The notes under the pieces were generated by a model. The model was not told the DNA's origin. It made no database searches and saw only the letters and a program-made list of their open reading frames with translations. Below are positions 33,993-43,315 of a stretch of DNA of 64,000 nt, one piece after another. A program made the position numbers and the translations under genes. Source of the stretch: an uncultured Pseudomonadota bacterium (GTDB lineage: Bacteria > Oederibacteriota > Muellerivitia > Muellerivitales > Muellerivitaceae); NCBI GenBank assembly GCA_963843375.1, contig CAWJKT010000007.1:32001-96000 (forward strand), written 5' to 3'. The number at the start of each line of letters is the position of its first letter. The stretch's first letter is position 1.

Positions 33993-34832
33993 TTGCCCGA
34001 TTCCCCCATCCACCTCATGGTAGCAACTCCCTGTTTCGATGGCCATATGACCGGCATCTATTCCAATTCCATGCTGAAGCTCCAACAAAATTTATTCCAG
34101 CGGCAAATACCAATTTCCGTGAAGACCATTCTGGGGGATGCCCTCATCACCCGGGCACGCCAAAATCTCCTGGCCACCTTCATGGATAACGAGATCGCCA
34201 CCCATCTTTTGTTTATCGACTCGGACATCGGTTTTGAACCCGCCCAGGTTTTCCGGCTATTGGATTACGGTGCGGATTTCACCGCCGCCGCTTACCCGGT
34301 TAAAAATATCAACTGGCATAAGTTGTCTGAATTGGCCAAAGCGGATATGCCCAATCTTCATTCCGCATCTTTGGATTACGTAGTGGAATTCGAAAACCCT
34401 AAGGCCATCCAGATCGAAAGGGGTTTCGCCAAAGTTCAGGCGGCGGGAACCGGGTTTCTGATGATTCGCAAACCGGCCCTCCAACGGATGATGGAACACT
34501 ATTCCGGCTTGCGTTATTCCCGGGACTTGGTGATTCACGACGAATGGAAGAATTCCAAATGGCGCTATGCCCTTTTCAACTGCATGATCGACGAAAAGAC
34601 GGGGATTTATTTAAGTGAAGATTACAGCTTTTGCCGCCGCTGGACCGATATGGGCGGCGAGATATGGCTAGACCTTCAAAGCAGTCTCATCCATGCGGGC
34701 ACCACTTATTTCAAGGGGGATATGACTACTCAGATCCAGAGACCAAAGGAACAAAAACCTCCGGATGAAAAACCCAAAAAGGGAAAAACGAAGGGGTTGA
34801 GAATTGTCAAAAGAGACGAAAAGTTGAATTGA
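33993..34832 (+). CDS. GT-A fold glycosyltransferase-like protein
   Basis: VATPCF, DALITRARQ, HLLFIDSDI (DxD), GTGFLMIR, YLSEDYSFCRRW; TTG start after AAGGAG. Confidence 0.8.
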   Translation: MPDSPIHLMVATPCFDGHMTGIYSNSMLKLQQNLFQRQIPISVKTILGDALITRARQNLLATFMDNEIATHLLFIDSDIGFEPAQVFRLLDYGADFTAAAYPVKNINWHKLSELAKADMPNLHSASLDYVVEFENPKAIQIERGFAKVQAAGTGFLMIRKPALQRMMEHYSGLRYSRDLVIHDEWKNSKWRYALFNCMIDEKTGIYLSEDYSFCRRWTDMGGEIWLDLQSSLIHAGTTYFKGDMTTQIQRPKEQKPPDEKPKKGKTKGLRIVKRDEKLN

Positions 34833-34902
34833 TATAAAAGAACTGCAACTTTTGATTTTGTCCTATTTGGATCCCCACTCCGTATGGACAGAATGAATCT
34901 TT

Positions 34903-35640
34903 TCAAAGAATTTCACTAAAACAATCCATAACCGAAGCCTTGATAGGCATGAAGTAGGCGTTTCCATTCATCGAAGTAATTCTACTCAAAACCGTTTTGG
35001 CAAAATCACGATTCCATTCTAGAGTCGGTTTAAAACTACTTGGAAAAATCACTTTATTTCTTGTTTCCCAATAATTTTTTGAATTCATACTTAAAACCGG
35101 AGAAACTCCCCAAAAGACTTCGTAAGATCGAAGTAATTCAGCGTGAATATCAAAAAGACGTATATCAAAAAATGGTTGGGTAAAAAAGCCATCAGCACCG
35201 GCATCCCGCTTGGCATGGGCATATTCAAGTTCCTTGTGTATTCCTTGTCGATAGGGATCGAAAGCCGCATAAATTTTTATTCCTGAAATTTCCGTTTTGA
35301 ATTTTTTAATGACTTCCAATACATCTGATGGATACATTTTCCTGGACATGTCTTGTGGAATGTCACCGCTAATAACAATGATTTCTTTCAAGTTATTCTC
35401 AGAAAGGAAAGTCCCCATCGGCAACGGTTCGTTCAAATTAATGTCAACAGCCCTTATGTGAGGTATCGCGTTTTCAAAAAATGGTTTCACATGTCCACAA
35501 GCTACCCAACTTCTCAAATCAAACCGCAATAAATCGGGAATGTTTATTGTGGTTACTTTTTTAAGATTTTTCGAGATCTTTTCGACTTCGTCCAATATGG
35601 ACTCTTTATTTCTTGGCACCAATTCCAATGAAATTCTCAT
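34903..35640 (-). CDS. Short methylenetetrahydrofolate reductase family protein
   Basis: ISLELVP, INIPD, AIPHIRAVD, ISGD, KRDAGADGFFTQPFFD; visibly AT-rich. Confidence 0.82.
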   Translation of the reverse strand: MRISLELVPRNKESILDEVEKISKNLKKVTTINIPDLLRFDLRSWVACGHVKPFFENAIPHIRAVDINLNEPLPMGTFLSENNLKEIIVISGDIPQDMSRKMYPSDVLEVIKKFKTEISGIKIYAAFDPYRQGIHKELEYAHAKRDAGADGFFTQPFFDIRLFDIHAELLRSYEVFWGVSPVLSMNSKNYWETRNKVIFPSSFKPTLEWNRDFAKTVLSRITSMNGNAYFMPIKASVMDCFSEIL

Positions 35641-35719
35641 TAATTAGCTCCCATTCCGCACGATTTGCGAACCATCAAATTCCTCGTAAAACTGTTTAGG
35701 GTTTCTGGACATGAACAAG

Positions 35720-36556
35720 TTAATGGTCTTGACTCATTTTCTCAAGTTCGGCTTCACTGGCGCAATCTTTGATATATATCTGTTGTTTCGAAGAATCTAA
35801 TCGGGGATCAAAATCGGTCCAAACTAAACTCATTGTGTTTTTTCCTGTCTTTTTCCATTCTGTTAAAGGTGGTTCAAAATCAAAATCATCACCATCGGTC
35901 CCTTCCCCTAAGACTAAATCAGCTTTCAATTCCCCGATGGTTCCGTGCCACCCTCCGCCCGTATGGGTGATATAGGTAAATTCCGTGCACGGGACATGAC
36001 TCGGGTTATCGGTTTCATAACGTCTCTCCAAAATTTTGTGGCCCCCAGGTGGGATAATCATTTGGACGACATACCAAGCCACTAGGTCCCCAGTTTGATC
36101 GGTAGAGGGTACCCAATCAGTGTTATCCACATAACCAAATTTCACCTCGGATGGGATTTCAATACCATTCAAAAGAGTAGTTAGGTTTTCCAAAGGAGAA
36201 TAAGTTGTACCAACGTAGGCATTCGAAGGGTAGGGTTCGGAAAAACGGCCCGTTTTTTTCGCTTTTTCGATCCCAAGTGCGATGTCAGGAAACCCCGTTA
36301 ATTGGGTAACTGCTTGTTGGGTATTTGTATTCACGAAATAAAATCTAGCGATCACTTGAGTAGAAGTGGTTTTAAAAATAAATTTTAAATACTCTTTTTC
36401 CATTCGGATCGGGCTTTTTTTCTTAAGTGAAAATGGATAAACCATGGCGCCATAAGCACCGTCGTTTTGATTGACCGGGGAATCGTCGGCCAAGAGTGGC
36501 AAATTAAAAGAATTAAATAAAACCAACAAAACAAACACCCTCAAATAAATATTCAA
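35720..36556 (-). CDS. Secreted hypothetical protein, DUF4424-like
   Basis: Signal peptide; IRMEKEYL, FYFVN...TGFP, YITHTGGGWHGTIG. Confidence 0.65.
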   Translation of the reverse strand: MNIYLRVFVLLVLFNSFNLPLLADDSPVNQNDGAYGAMVYPFSLKKKSPIRMEKEYLKFIFKTTSTQVIARFYFVNTNTQQAVTQLTGFPDIALGIEKAKKTGRFSEPYPSNAYVGTTYSPLENLTTLLNGIEIPSEVKFGYVDNTDWVPSTDQTGDLVAWYVVQMIIPPGGHKILERRYETDNPSHVPCTEFTYITHTGGGWHGTIGELKADLVLGEGTDGDDFDFEPPLTEWKKTGKNTMSLVWTDFDPRLDSSKQQIYIKDCASEAELEKMSQDH

Positions 36557-36565
36557 ATTGAATAC

Positions 36566-36587
36566 CTCCCCAGGTTGGACTCGAACC
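36566..36587 (-). other. 22-bp tRNA 3'-end fragment (T-loop plus acceptor strand), possible att-site scar
   Basis: Minus strand GGTTCGAGTCCAACCTGGGGAG resembles tRNA-Asn 3' ends; no D arm or anticodon arm upstream. Confidence 0.55.
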
Positions 36588-36740
36588 GCTCCCCCCTAAT
36601 CTTTGAATTTCCATATTTTAACTATTAAGAAGGACTATTTCTGATTCTAATCTTCCGACTCGGTATTAGTCTTTAAGACACTCTGTATTGGAAAATGTGC
36701 TGGGCAGTTTCTAGAAAACCAATCGAGCTCCTCGAAAGTC

Positions 36741-37982
36741 TTAAGAAAGAATCCCCAAAGACGTGTCCGGTTGGAAGCTTGGGAAAATACTGGTCACATC
36801 CATAATCCCAAGATGGCTTGCAAGAGCCTCGGTCAAAACCTGGCGGAAATCGGTGGTTACTTGTAGGTCCCTACCCTCGAAAAGATTTTCTGGCTCTAAT
36901 CCTGGCCAGCGACCATAAACCTTGCCACCTTTGATTCCCCCGCCTAAAAGTAACATGATGCTGGCATGACCGTGATCCGTACCCCGATTGCCATTCTCCT
37001 GCAGAGTGCGTCCGAACTCGGTCAATGAAACTAAAAGTACGTCCCCCGATTGGTCCCCTAGGTCCTTATAGAATGCGGCAAGCGCCCCGCCCAGGTCGGT
37101 TAACCCCTTTTGGAGCCGGTTTTCTTCCTGCACATGATCGTCCCAACCTCCAATATCCACGAAGCCCACTTTCAAGCCCAGTTTGGCTTTGATGACACGG
37201 GCCAATTGAAAAAAGCTTTGGCTTTCTTTGCTCTTGGGGTAACCCGCATCTTCCGCATTCTGGGGGCCCTCAGCCAGTACTTTTTGTAGGGCATCAACCG
37301 ATTCGCTGGTTTCCCTGCCCGCCCCCGAAAGCAGGCTATCGATGCTTTGATCGTACATGGCATCGAAAGAGGCCTCTTCATCAGCCCCGCCGTAAAACCG
37401 GTAATTTTGTAAGTTGGTAAAGGTGGTCACTGGAAAATCGCCCCTTAAGATGCGGGGCAGGCGGGGCGAAACAGCCACCGCCGCAATAGAGGATTTAGAA
37501 ACCTTGGGGAAGGTTTGCAAAGCCCGGTTGAGCCAACCGTCGGTGGTAATTTTGATCCCTGGGGTTCCTGTTTCCATATTGTCCTGGGCGTCGAAATGGG
37601 AGCGGGTTCCATCAGGACTACCCACCGCCTGGATCAAGGCAAAGTTACCGGATTTCCAAAGGGGCATCAGGGGCTCAAGGGCTGGATGGAGTCCAAAATG
37701 GCCATCCAAATCAATAACTCCCTTATCCTGGCCCGGTTCTCCTAGGCCGATGGTTGGGCGACTATTGCGGTAGATGGCGTCCTTAAACGGCACCACGATA
37801 TTCAATCCATCCGCCGCTCCCCTTTGAAAGAGTACCACCAAAGTTTTGCCGGATAAGGAAGGGCTGGAAGCAGCGGCCAAGACCCATTTGGGCATGGTAT
37901 AAAAAGCCATGCTGGTGGCCAGGACCCCGCTCACCTTCAAAAAATCCCTGCGGGATAATTTTACTTCTTTGAAATTTTCCAT
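36741..37982 (-). CDS. DUF1501 family protein with Tat signal
   Basis: SRRDFLK twin-arginine motif, FQRGAADGLN, RSHFDAQ, GGWDDH, TEFGRT, GTDHGH. Confidence 0.93.
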   Translation of the reverse strand: MENFKEVKLSRRDFLKVSGVLATSMAFYTMPKWVLAAASSPSLSGKTLVVLFQRGAADGLNIVVPFKDAIYRNSRPTIGLGEPGQDKGVIDLDGHFGLHPALEPLMPLWKSGNFALIQAVGSPDGTRSHFDAQDNMETGTPGIKITTDGWLNRALQTFPKVSKSSIAAVAVSPRLPRILRGDFPVTTFTNLQNYRFYGGADEEASFDAMYDQSIDSLLSGAGRETSESVDALQKVLAEGPQNAEDAGYPKSKESQSFFQLARVIKAKLGLKVGFVDIGGWDDHVQEENRLQKGLTDLGGALAAFYKDLGDQSGDVLLVSLTEFGRTLQENGNRGTDHGHASIMLLLGGGIKGGKVYGRWPGLEPENLFEGRDLQVTTDFRQVLTEALASHLGIMDVTSIFPSFQPDTSLGILS

Positions 37983-38014
37983 TTTATCTCTCCATAACCA
38001 AACTTGAATTGCGG

Positions 38015-39691
38015 CTACCGCCGCTGGAAATCGGGGGAACCCAGTACCAGCGCTCCCAGTTTCACTACCTGAATATCTTTTTGCTTGTCGTCCAAAACGG
38101 CATGGGTGATTTCGGGATCTTCCAGCCTATTGACCAGCACCCTCTTCGTGGAAGCGGACACTTGACCTTGTAGGAAAGCTTTGAAGAACCCGGTTAGAAT
38201 TTTCTTTTCGTCCGTGGAATCAATAGCGGGAACTAACTCAACCAAGTCCACCTTGGCTGGCCCACGGTTGCTTAATAGCCCCAAACCGAAGTTCATTCGA
38301 TTAAGTAGTTCCCCGGAGGAAATCCAGGATTTGGCGTCGTCCGGATAGCCCGTGGGAGGTTCACATTGATAAAGGGGTTCTCCCATGCCGCCAAGCACCT
38401 GGGAAAGCTTCACCGGATCCTCCAGCTTGGCATCGGTAACCCGAAGAGCGCTGGCCAGGAATTCCAGGGGCGTTTTGACCTTGGCACGGTAATAAGCGGG
38501 GTCATAAAACTCCGGGTCGGTAAAAAGGGTCCGCAGCATCTCGCGGATATCTCCGTCGGTTTCGATATACTTGTCCGCCACCTTTTGGACCAGATCCTCC
38601 GGCGGGTTGTCGGATACGAAATGGCGACAAAGTTTGGTGGCAATAAAGTGGGCCGTAGCCGGCTGGCGGCAGAGAAAGTCCAGAACCCGGTCCCCCTCAT
38701 CCTGCGCCATTTTGTCCGCTACCTCGGGCCCAAACTTTTGGCCTAAGATTACCTTCTCACCCAGGTCGTGCATGCGGGGATGGAATTGGAACTGGAAGAT
38801 GGTGTTCGGGTCGATGTTTTTGTGGTCGGGCTTGAAGAGGAAATAAGGCCCCTGGAAACTCCAGCCCGTCAGGGCGCGGGCCACCTGGATGACATCGTGC
38901 TGGCTGTAACCACCATCCACTCCCAGGGTGTGCAGTTCCATCAGTTCCCGGGCGTAATTTTCGTTGAGGCCCACGTTTTGTTTGGGCTTACCCGCGCGGT
39001 TTTCCATCATGGACATCATCTGGGGATAGGACCGCCATCTCGTCCTCCGGCACGTACCGGGGGTCTACCGTGCTGGTGGCGTTATCCAGGTATTCCATCA
39101 TGGCGGGACTATGGGCCACAGCCCCTACAAGATCCCTGAACTTCCCGAATACCCGAGGACGGATGACGTCCCGCTCGTAGGAAGTCAGCATCCATTTCAC
39201 TTGGTTCTTCTGGAAGCTGACGTTGAAATGATTAAACCAGAAATCGGTCATGACTTCCTGGAGCTGGCGTTTGCTGTCGAGGATTCGGGTGAGCTTGGCC
39301 GCGGAAAGTTCCACCAGGATGGCCTTCGGTTTCTCGTTGATGGCTTTAATTTTTTCCGGGTCAATCCCATCCAGTTTGGCTTTTTTAAGACAAATTGGGC
39401 TGGGGGATAGGCCTTGAACAGATCATAGCTGGACATCTTCAAGGTGGGATAGTTTTCCAGTTCCTTTTCACAATTGCTGTCATTGATCTGGTCGGGGTTC
39501 AACTGTTCTTCAATAAAGACTTTGGGGCCCAACTTGTAAATCCTCGCCAGATCACCCGGTTTGGGGCCAAAGGTCAGCCGATCCAAAAGGTGGATGCACT
39601 TCTGCGAGTAAGTTAAGGGGCTGGTATGGGCCAAACAGGGCCAGGAAAGGGAAAGAATGGCTCCAGCCCACATAACAGAAAGTATCTTCAT
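38015..39691 (-). CDS. DUF1800 family protein, split into three ORFs by apparent frameshifts
   Basis: HLLDRLTFGP (39248-39691), QLQEVMTDFWFNHFNV (38988-39314), NENYARELMELHTLG, KVKTPLE, GSPDFQRR (38015-39019); directly upstream of DUF1501. Confidence 0.9.
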
Positions 39692-39731
39692 GGCGGGCTT
39701 TTCCTTTATTTATTCGATATCTCCTAATTCT

Positions 39732-39760
39732 TTAGACGAAAGACTCCCGGTTAAAGTTCA
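39732..39760 (-). promoter_or_regulatory. ECF/RpoE-type promoter upstream of DUF1800
   Basis: Minus strand TGAACTT...CGTCTAA: GAACTT-17-TCTAA, and AAC-17-CGTC. Confidence 0.6.
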
Positions 39761-39805
39761 AGTAAGGCGTGATAAGACAAGTGGTGGTAACCTAGACCTA
39801 TTCCC

Positions 39806-42790
39806 ATGATGAAAAAGACCTTTCTCCTGATATGGATTTTGTCTTTGCCGCAGGTTTTATTGTCCCAAACCTGGACCAACCTGGGTATCGGAGGCGGCGG
39901 GGCCCAATATGCTCCTTCCTTCTCCTACCTTGACCCCAATCTGGTCTTTCTGCAATGCGATATGGGGGGAATTTTTCTCTCGGATAACAACGCAGTCAGC
40001 TTCCAAATCCGTCCTTTCACCCAGTTCGGCTCCGATACCGACTATCCCAACGGAGCCTGCCCCATCGGCTACGACCCCAACGACGTGAACAACCTCTGGG
40101 GGTTCGGCCTGGAGAACGACGACGTCAACGGAAGCCTTCTTTTCAGCTCCAACGAGGGCGGCACCTGGGCCTACGCTCCCACCCAGCCCACTTGGGGCAA
40201 CAATACCCGCATTACCCGCATCGTGGTGGACCGAGGCAATTCCAACTTCATCGTGCTGGGAGCGGATTCAGGAGCCTATTACTCCACCAACTACGGAGCC
40301 TCTTGGGTTTCTTGCGGCGGAGTGGATGGTTATGTTTGGGACATCGTCATTGACCAATCCTCGCCCGTGACAAACCGAACTGTTTATATAGGAACGGACG
40401 TGGACGCTAATGCCGGCGCGGGTGGCGGCGTTTTCAAGGGCACCGACGTGAACACGGGAGGGACTTTCGTAGCCGCCAACAACGGGCTTCCCACGCCCGC
40501 GGCCTTGACCGGCTTTTCCGGCGCCAGCCTGAGCAGCCCCGCTACCGTGGTGCTTTATGCGGTTTACGATAGTGGCGGGGGTACCTATAACGGTACCGAT
40601 GTTTATACCTCCGTCAATGGCGCGGCCAACTGGACCCTTTCACTTTCCGGAACCACGACGGGAGCCGATGGGTTTAATAAGGTGGAATGCTCCGAAGGAG
40701 CGCCTGCCACGGCCTATGCCATCAACAATTCGCAGAACGCCGTTGAAGGCGTATGGCAAACCACCAATTACGGCGCCTCCTGGACGAACGTCTTCATGCC
40801 CTCCACCAGCGGCGGCAACGTAACTCTGGGCTGGATTGATTACGATATTCTCTTCCAGGAGGGCGCCGCCTGGATCCAGTTGAAGGTGGATCCAGTCAAT
40901 CCCAACCGTGTGGTCGCCACCGACCTGGACTGCTCCTACATGACCACCAACGGCGGCACCACCTGGGATGAGATTTACTCGGCCTTCGCTGACACACCCC
41001 CCATCGGGGCAAGCAAACAATGGACGACTTTGGGGCTGGAAGTCACCACGGCCTGGCATTACTACATCTGCCCCTGGTCTTCCACTACCCATTACATTTG
41101 CCAGAGTGATATCGGCCTGCAGCGTTCCACCGACAGCGGAAGTACCTGGTACCACAGCCTGCCCTTCAGCACCGTCTGGCACAACACCATCTTCGAGATG
41201 GCTTTTAACGCCGCCACCAGCGTCATCTATGCGGCCGCCTCCGATCAGCACGACATCTGCCATTCCACCCAGATCGGCACCAACGTCACTCTCCAGGGGG
41301 GCGGGGTTTTGGAAAGTGCCAACAACGGCGTCTCCTGGACCAGCGTTTCCACCGGCCTGCCCACCATTCCGGCTACTTCCATTTTGCGAGACCCCACCAC
41401 CGGCAACCTTTACGTGGCCATGTGGGGCAATGCCACTTCCGGAACCCAGGGCGGCGTTTATATGTCCAGCAATAGCGGGACTTCCTGGACCATCATGAAC
41501 ACGGGGCTGGGCAACAGTCCAAATTTTCACGCTTACCAATTGAAGGAAGACTCTGCGGGAGATTTGTTTTGCCTGATCTCGGGTTATCTAAATGAAAGTA
41601 CCGATACATGGACTCCCGGCGGAATATGGAAATTCACCAAGGGGGCAACAACATGGAATTATTTGACGGGAACGGCGGATACGGGTAATGGCAACGCACC
41701 TCTTTACTACCTGCAGGGTTTTGACGTGGACTCCACCGGAACGACCATTTACGCTGCTTCAATGAAATGGGGCAGCCCTACCCAAAAGGGCATGTTTGTT
41801 TCGACCAACGGTGGAACCAGTTGGACCCACCCGATCTCGACTTTTCCGGGGACCGTCAACCCCATCGACGGCTTCTGCCCCAGTATCAACCCCAATAACT
41901 CCTCGGATGTTTACCTGGGGACGGAAGACGAGGGGCTTTGGGAAAGCCTGAATGCCGGAAATACCTGGACCCAGATTACCGGGGTACCCTTTCGAAGCAC
42001 CCACCGGGTTTATTTTGACCCGGCCACGGGCAACCGTTACTTGACCACCTTTGGGAACAGCGTCTGGAAATTGACCTCGGCGACAACCCCAACCTCCACT
42101 GCCACTTCAACACCCACCACTACACCCATTGGCAATACCAACACCCCCACTTCCTCCACAACCAGAACCGTCACCTCTACTCCCACCAATACGGCGACTT
42201 ATAGCGTCACCGCCTCTCCCACCTTTACCACCACACTCACCACAACCTTCACGCCGACTTTCACACCTACCGTCACTTCCTCACCAACTCTAACCTCCAC
42301 GGGTACCTTGCTACCAGCCAATACGCCTTCTTCTACCTTCACGAAAACCCCGACCCCCAGCCCAACCTCCACGCCCTCGTCCACTTTGACTCTAACCCCA
42401 ACCTTCACTCTCACATCTTCTCCCACTTTCACCCTCACCCATACCAATTCTCCCACCGGAACCTTAACCCCGCCTGTTCCTCTTTCAGTCACACCCACAC
42501 CGAACCCGGCGGACCCCATTCTTATCTTCCCTAACCCAGTTAACAACCCGGGTGAGATTCAAATCCAATTCACATTGGGCCAGTCTGCCAACGATATCAA
42601 CGTTTCGGTTTTTACGACTGCCTTCCGGAAAGTGAACGAAGTCGATTACGGGTCACAACCTGCGGGGAGGTTAACACTGCCTTTGGCCACACAAGACAAA
42701 TGGGGCATGCCATTGGCTAACGGCCTTTATTATTTGGTGGTTAAAACACCCGGAGGACGCTCGGTTGGAAAATTAATGGTGTTGAGGTAA
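39806..42790 (+). CDS. Secreted BNR/Asp-box beta-propeller protein (GH74 xyloglucanase-like), Thr/Pro linker, T9SS type A-like C-terminal domain
   Basis: WTNLGIGGGG, CDMGG, SDIGLQRSTDSGSTW and repeated S/T-x-N/D-x-G-x-T/S-W boxes; TP linker about 42080-42510; IFPNP...FTTAFRKV...LANGLYYLVV...KLMVLR. Confidence 0.85.
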   Translation: MMKKTFLLIWILSLPQVLLSQTWTNLGIGGGGAQYAPSFSYLDPNLVFLQCDMGGIFLSDNNAVSFQIRPFTQFGSDTDYPNGACPIGYDPNDVNNLWGFGLENDDVNGSLLFSSNEGGTWAYAPTQPTWGNNTRITRIVVDRGNSNFIVLGADSGAYYSTNYGASWVSCGGVDGYVWDIVIDQSSPVTNRTVYIGTDVDANAGAGGGVFKGTDVNTGGTFVAANNGLPTPAALTGFSGASLSSPATVVLYAVYDSGGGTYNGTDVYTSVNGAANWTLSLSGTTTGADGFNKVECSEGAPATAYAINNSQNAVEGVWQTTNYGASWTNVFMPSTSGGNVTLGWIDYDILFQEGAAWIQLKVDPVNPNRVVATDLDCSYMTTNGGTTWDEIYSAFADTPPIGASKQWTTLGLEVTTAWHYYICPWSSTTHYICQSDIGLQRSTDSGSTWYHSLPFSTVWHNTIFEMAFNAATSVIYAAASDQHDICHSTQIGTNVTLQGGGVLESANNGVSWTSVSTGLPTIPATSILRDPTTGNLYVAMWGNATSGTQGGVYMSSNSGTSWTIMNTGLGNSPNFHAYQLKEDSAGDLFCLISGYLNESTDTWTPGGIWKFTKGATTWNYLTGTADTGNGNAPLYYLQGFDVDSTGTTIYAASMKWGSPTQKGMFVSTNGGTSWTHPISTFPGTVNPIDGFCPSINPNNSSDVYLGTEDEGLWESLNAGNTWTQITGVPFRSTHRVYFDPATGNRYLTTFGNSVWKLTSATTPTSTATSTPTTTPIGNTNTPTSSTTRTVTSTPTNTATYSVTASPTFTTTLTTTFTPTFTPTVTSSPTLTSTGTLLPANTPSSTFTKTPTPSPTSTPSSTLTLTPTFTLTSSPTFTLTHTNSPTGTLTPPVPLSVTPTPNPADPILIFPNPVNNPGEIQIQFTLGQSANDINVSVFTTAFRKVNEVDYGSQPAGRLTLPLATQDKWGMPLANGLYYLVVKTPGGRSVGKLMVLR

Positions 42791-42798
42791 CCGGCCCT

Positions 42799-43305
42799 TT
42801 AATGTTCCAGGGACCCGACAAACCCGGGAGTGATAACTTCCTCGACTTTGGGTTGGGCCACGAATTGCCCGTCCCGATATTTCAGGATGATATGGCTGGA
42901 TCTGGCGTCCAGATAGTCCATGACAATGTCGCTTTCCCCCAGGGTCACGCCGAAGTTTCTTTGGATTTTTTTGTTAAAACTCATGACCAATTTCTTGGTC
43001 AATTCGAGCTTCTCTTGAGCATTTTTTGGATCGGTATGAATTCCCACCACCGAAAGTTCGATTACTTTTTCTTCAGGGTCGTAAGTAACCCCAACCCGAT
43101 AAATCTCGGCGCTATTGATCATATCCCCCGGCTTTTTGGCTTCCAGGATGGCGCAAACGGAAATCATCATGGATTGGAGGTAATTGGCCACCCGTTCTCC
43201 CGTGGGGACGCTTTGGGTCTGGGCCAACGCGTCGTTACCCGCGTAGATCCGCCCTGCCAGGAATAAACCCAAAATCATCATTCCAACCCATTTTCGATAA
43301 TTCAT
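42799..43305 (-). CDS. Hypothetical exported protein
   Basis: SD GGAG, signal peptide, immediately downstream of ychF. Confidence 0.65.
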   Translation of the reverse strand: MNYRKWVGMMILGLFLAGRIYAGNDALAQTQSVPTGERVANYLQSMMISVCAILEAKKPGDMINSAEIYRVGVTYDPEEKVIELSVVGIHTDPKNAQEKLELTKKLVMSFNKKIQRNFGVTLGESDIVMDYLDARSSHIILKYRDGQFVAQPKVEEVITPGFVGSLEH

Positions 43306-43315
43306 AAATTCTCCA

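Noticed and set aside
36540..36640. Intact tRNA gene
   Set aside because: Only the T-loop and 3' acceptor strand are present; the 5' side of the T stem, the anticodon arm and the D arm are missing
40640..41539. 299-aa minus-strand ORF
   Set aside because: Shadow of the C-ending codon bias in the GH74-like gene
42080..42510. CRISPR array or DNA tandem repeat in the AC-rich tracts (also 25553-25750)
   Set aside because: No identical repeat-spacer units; variation is at synonymous positions of Thr/Pro codons
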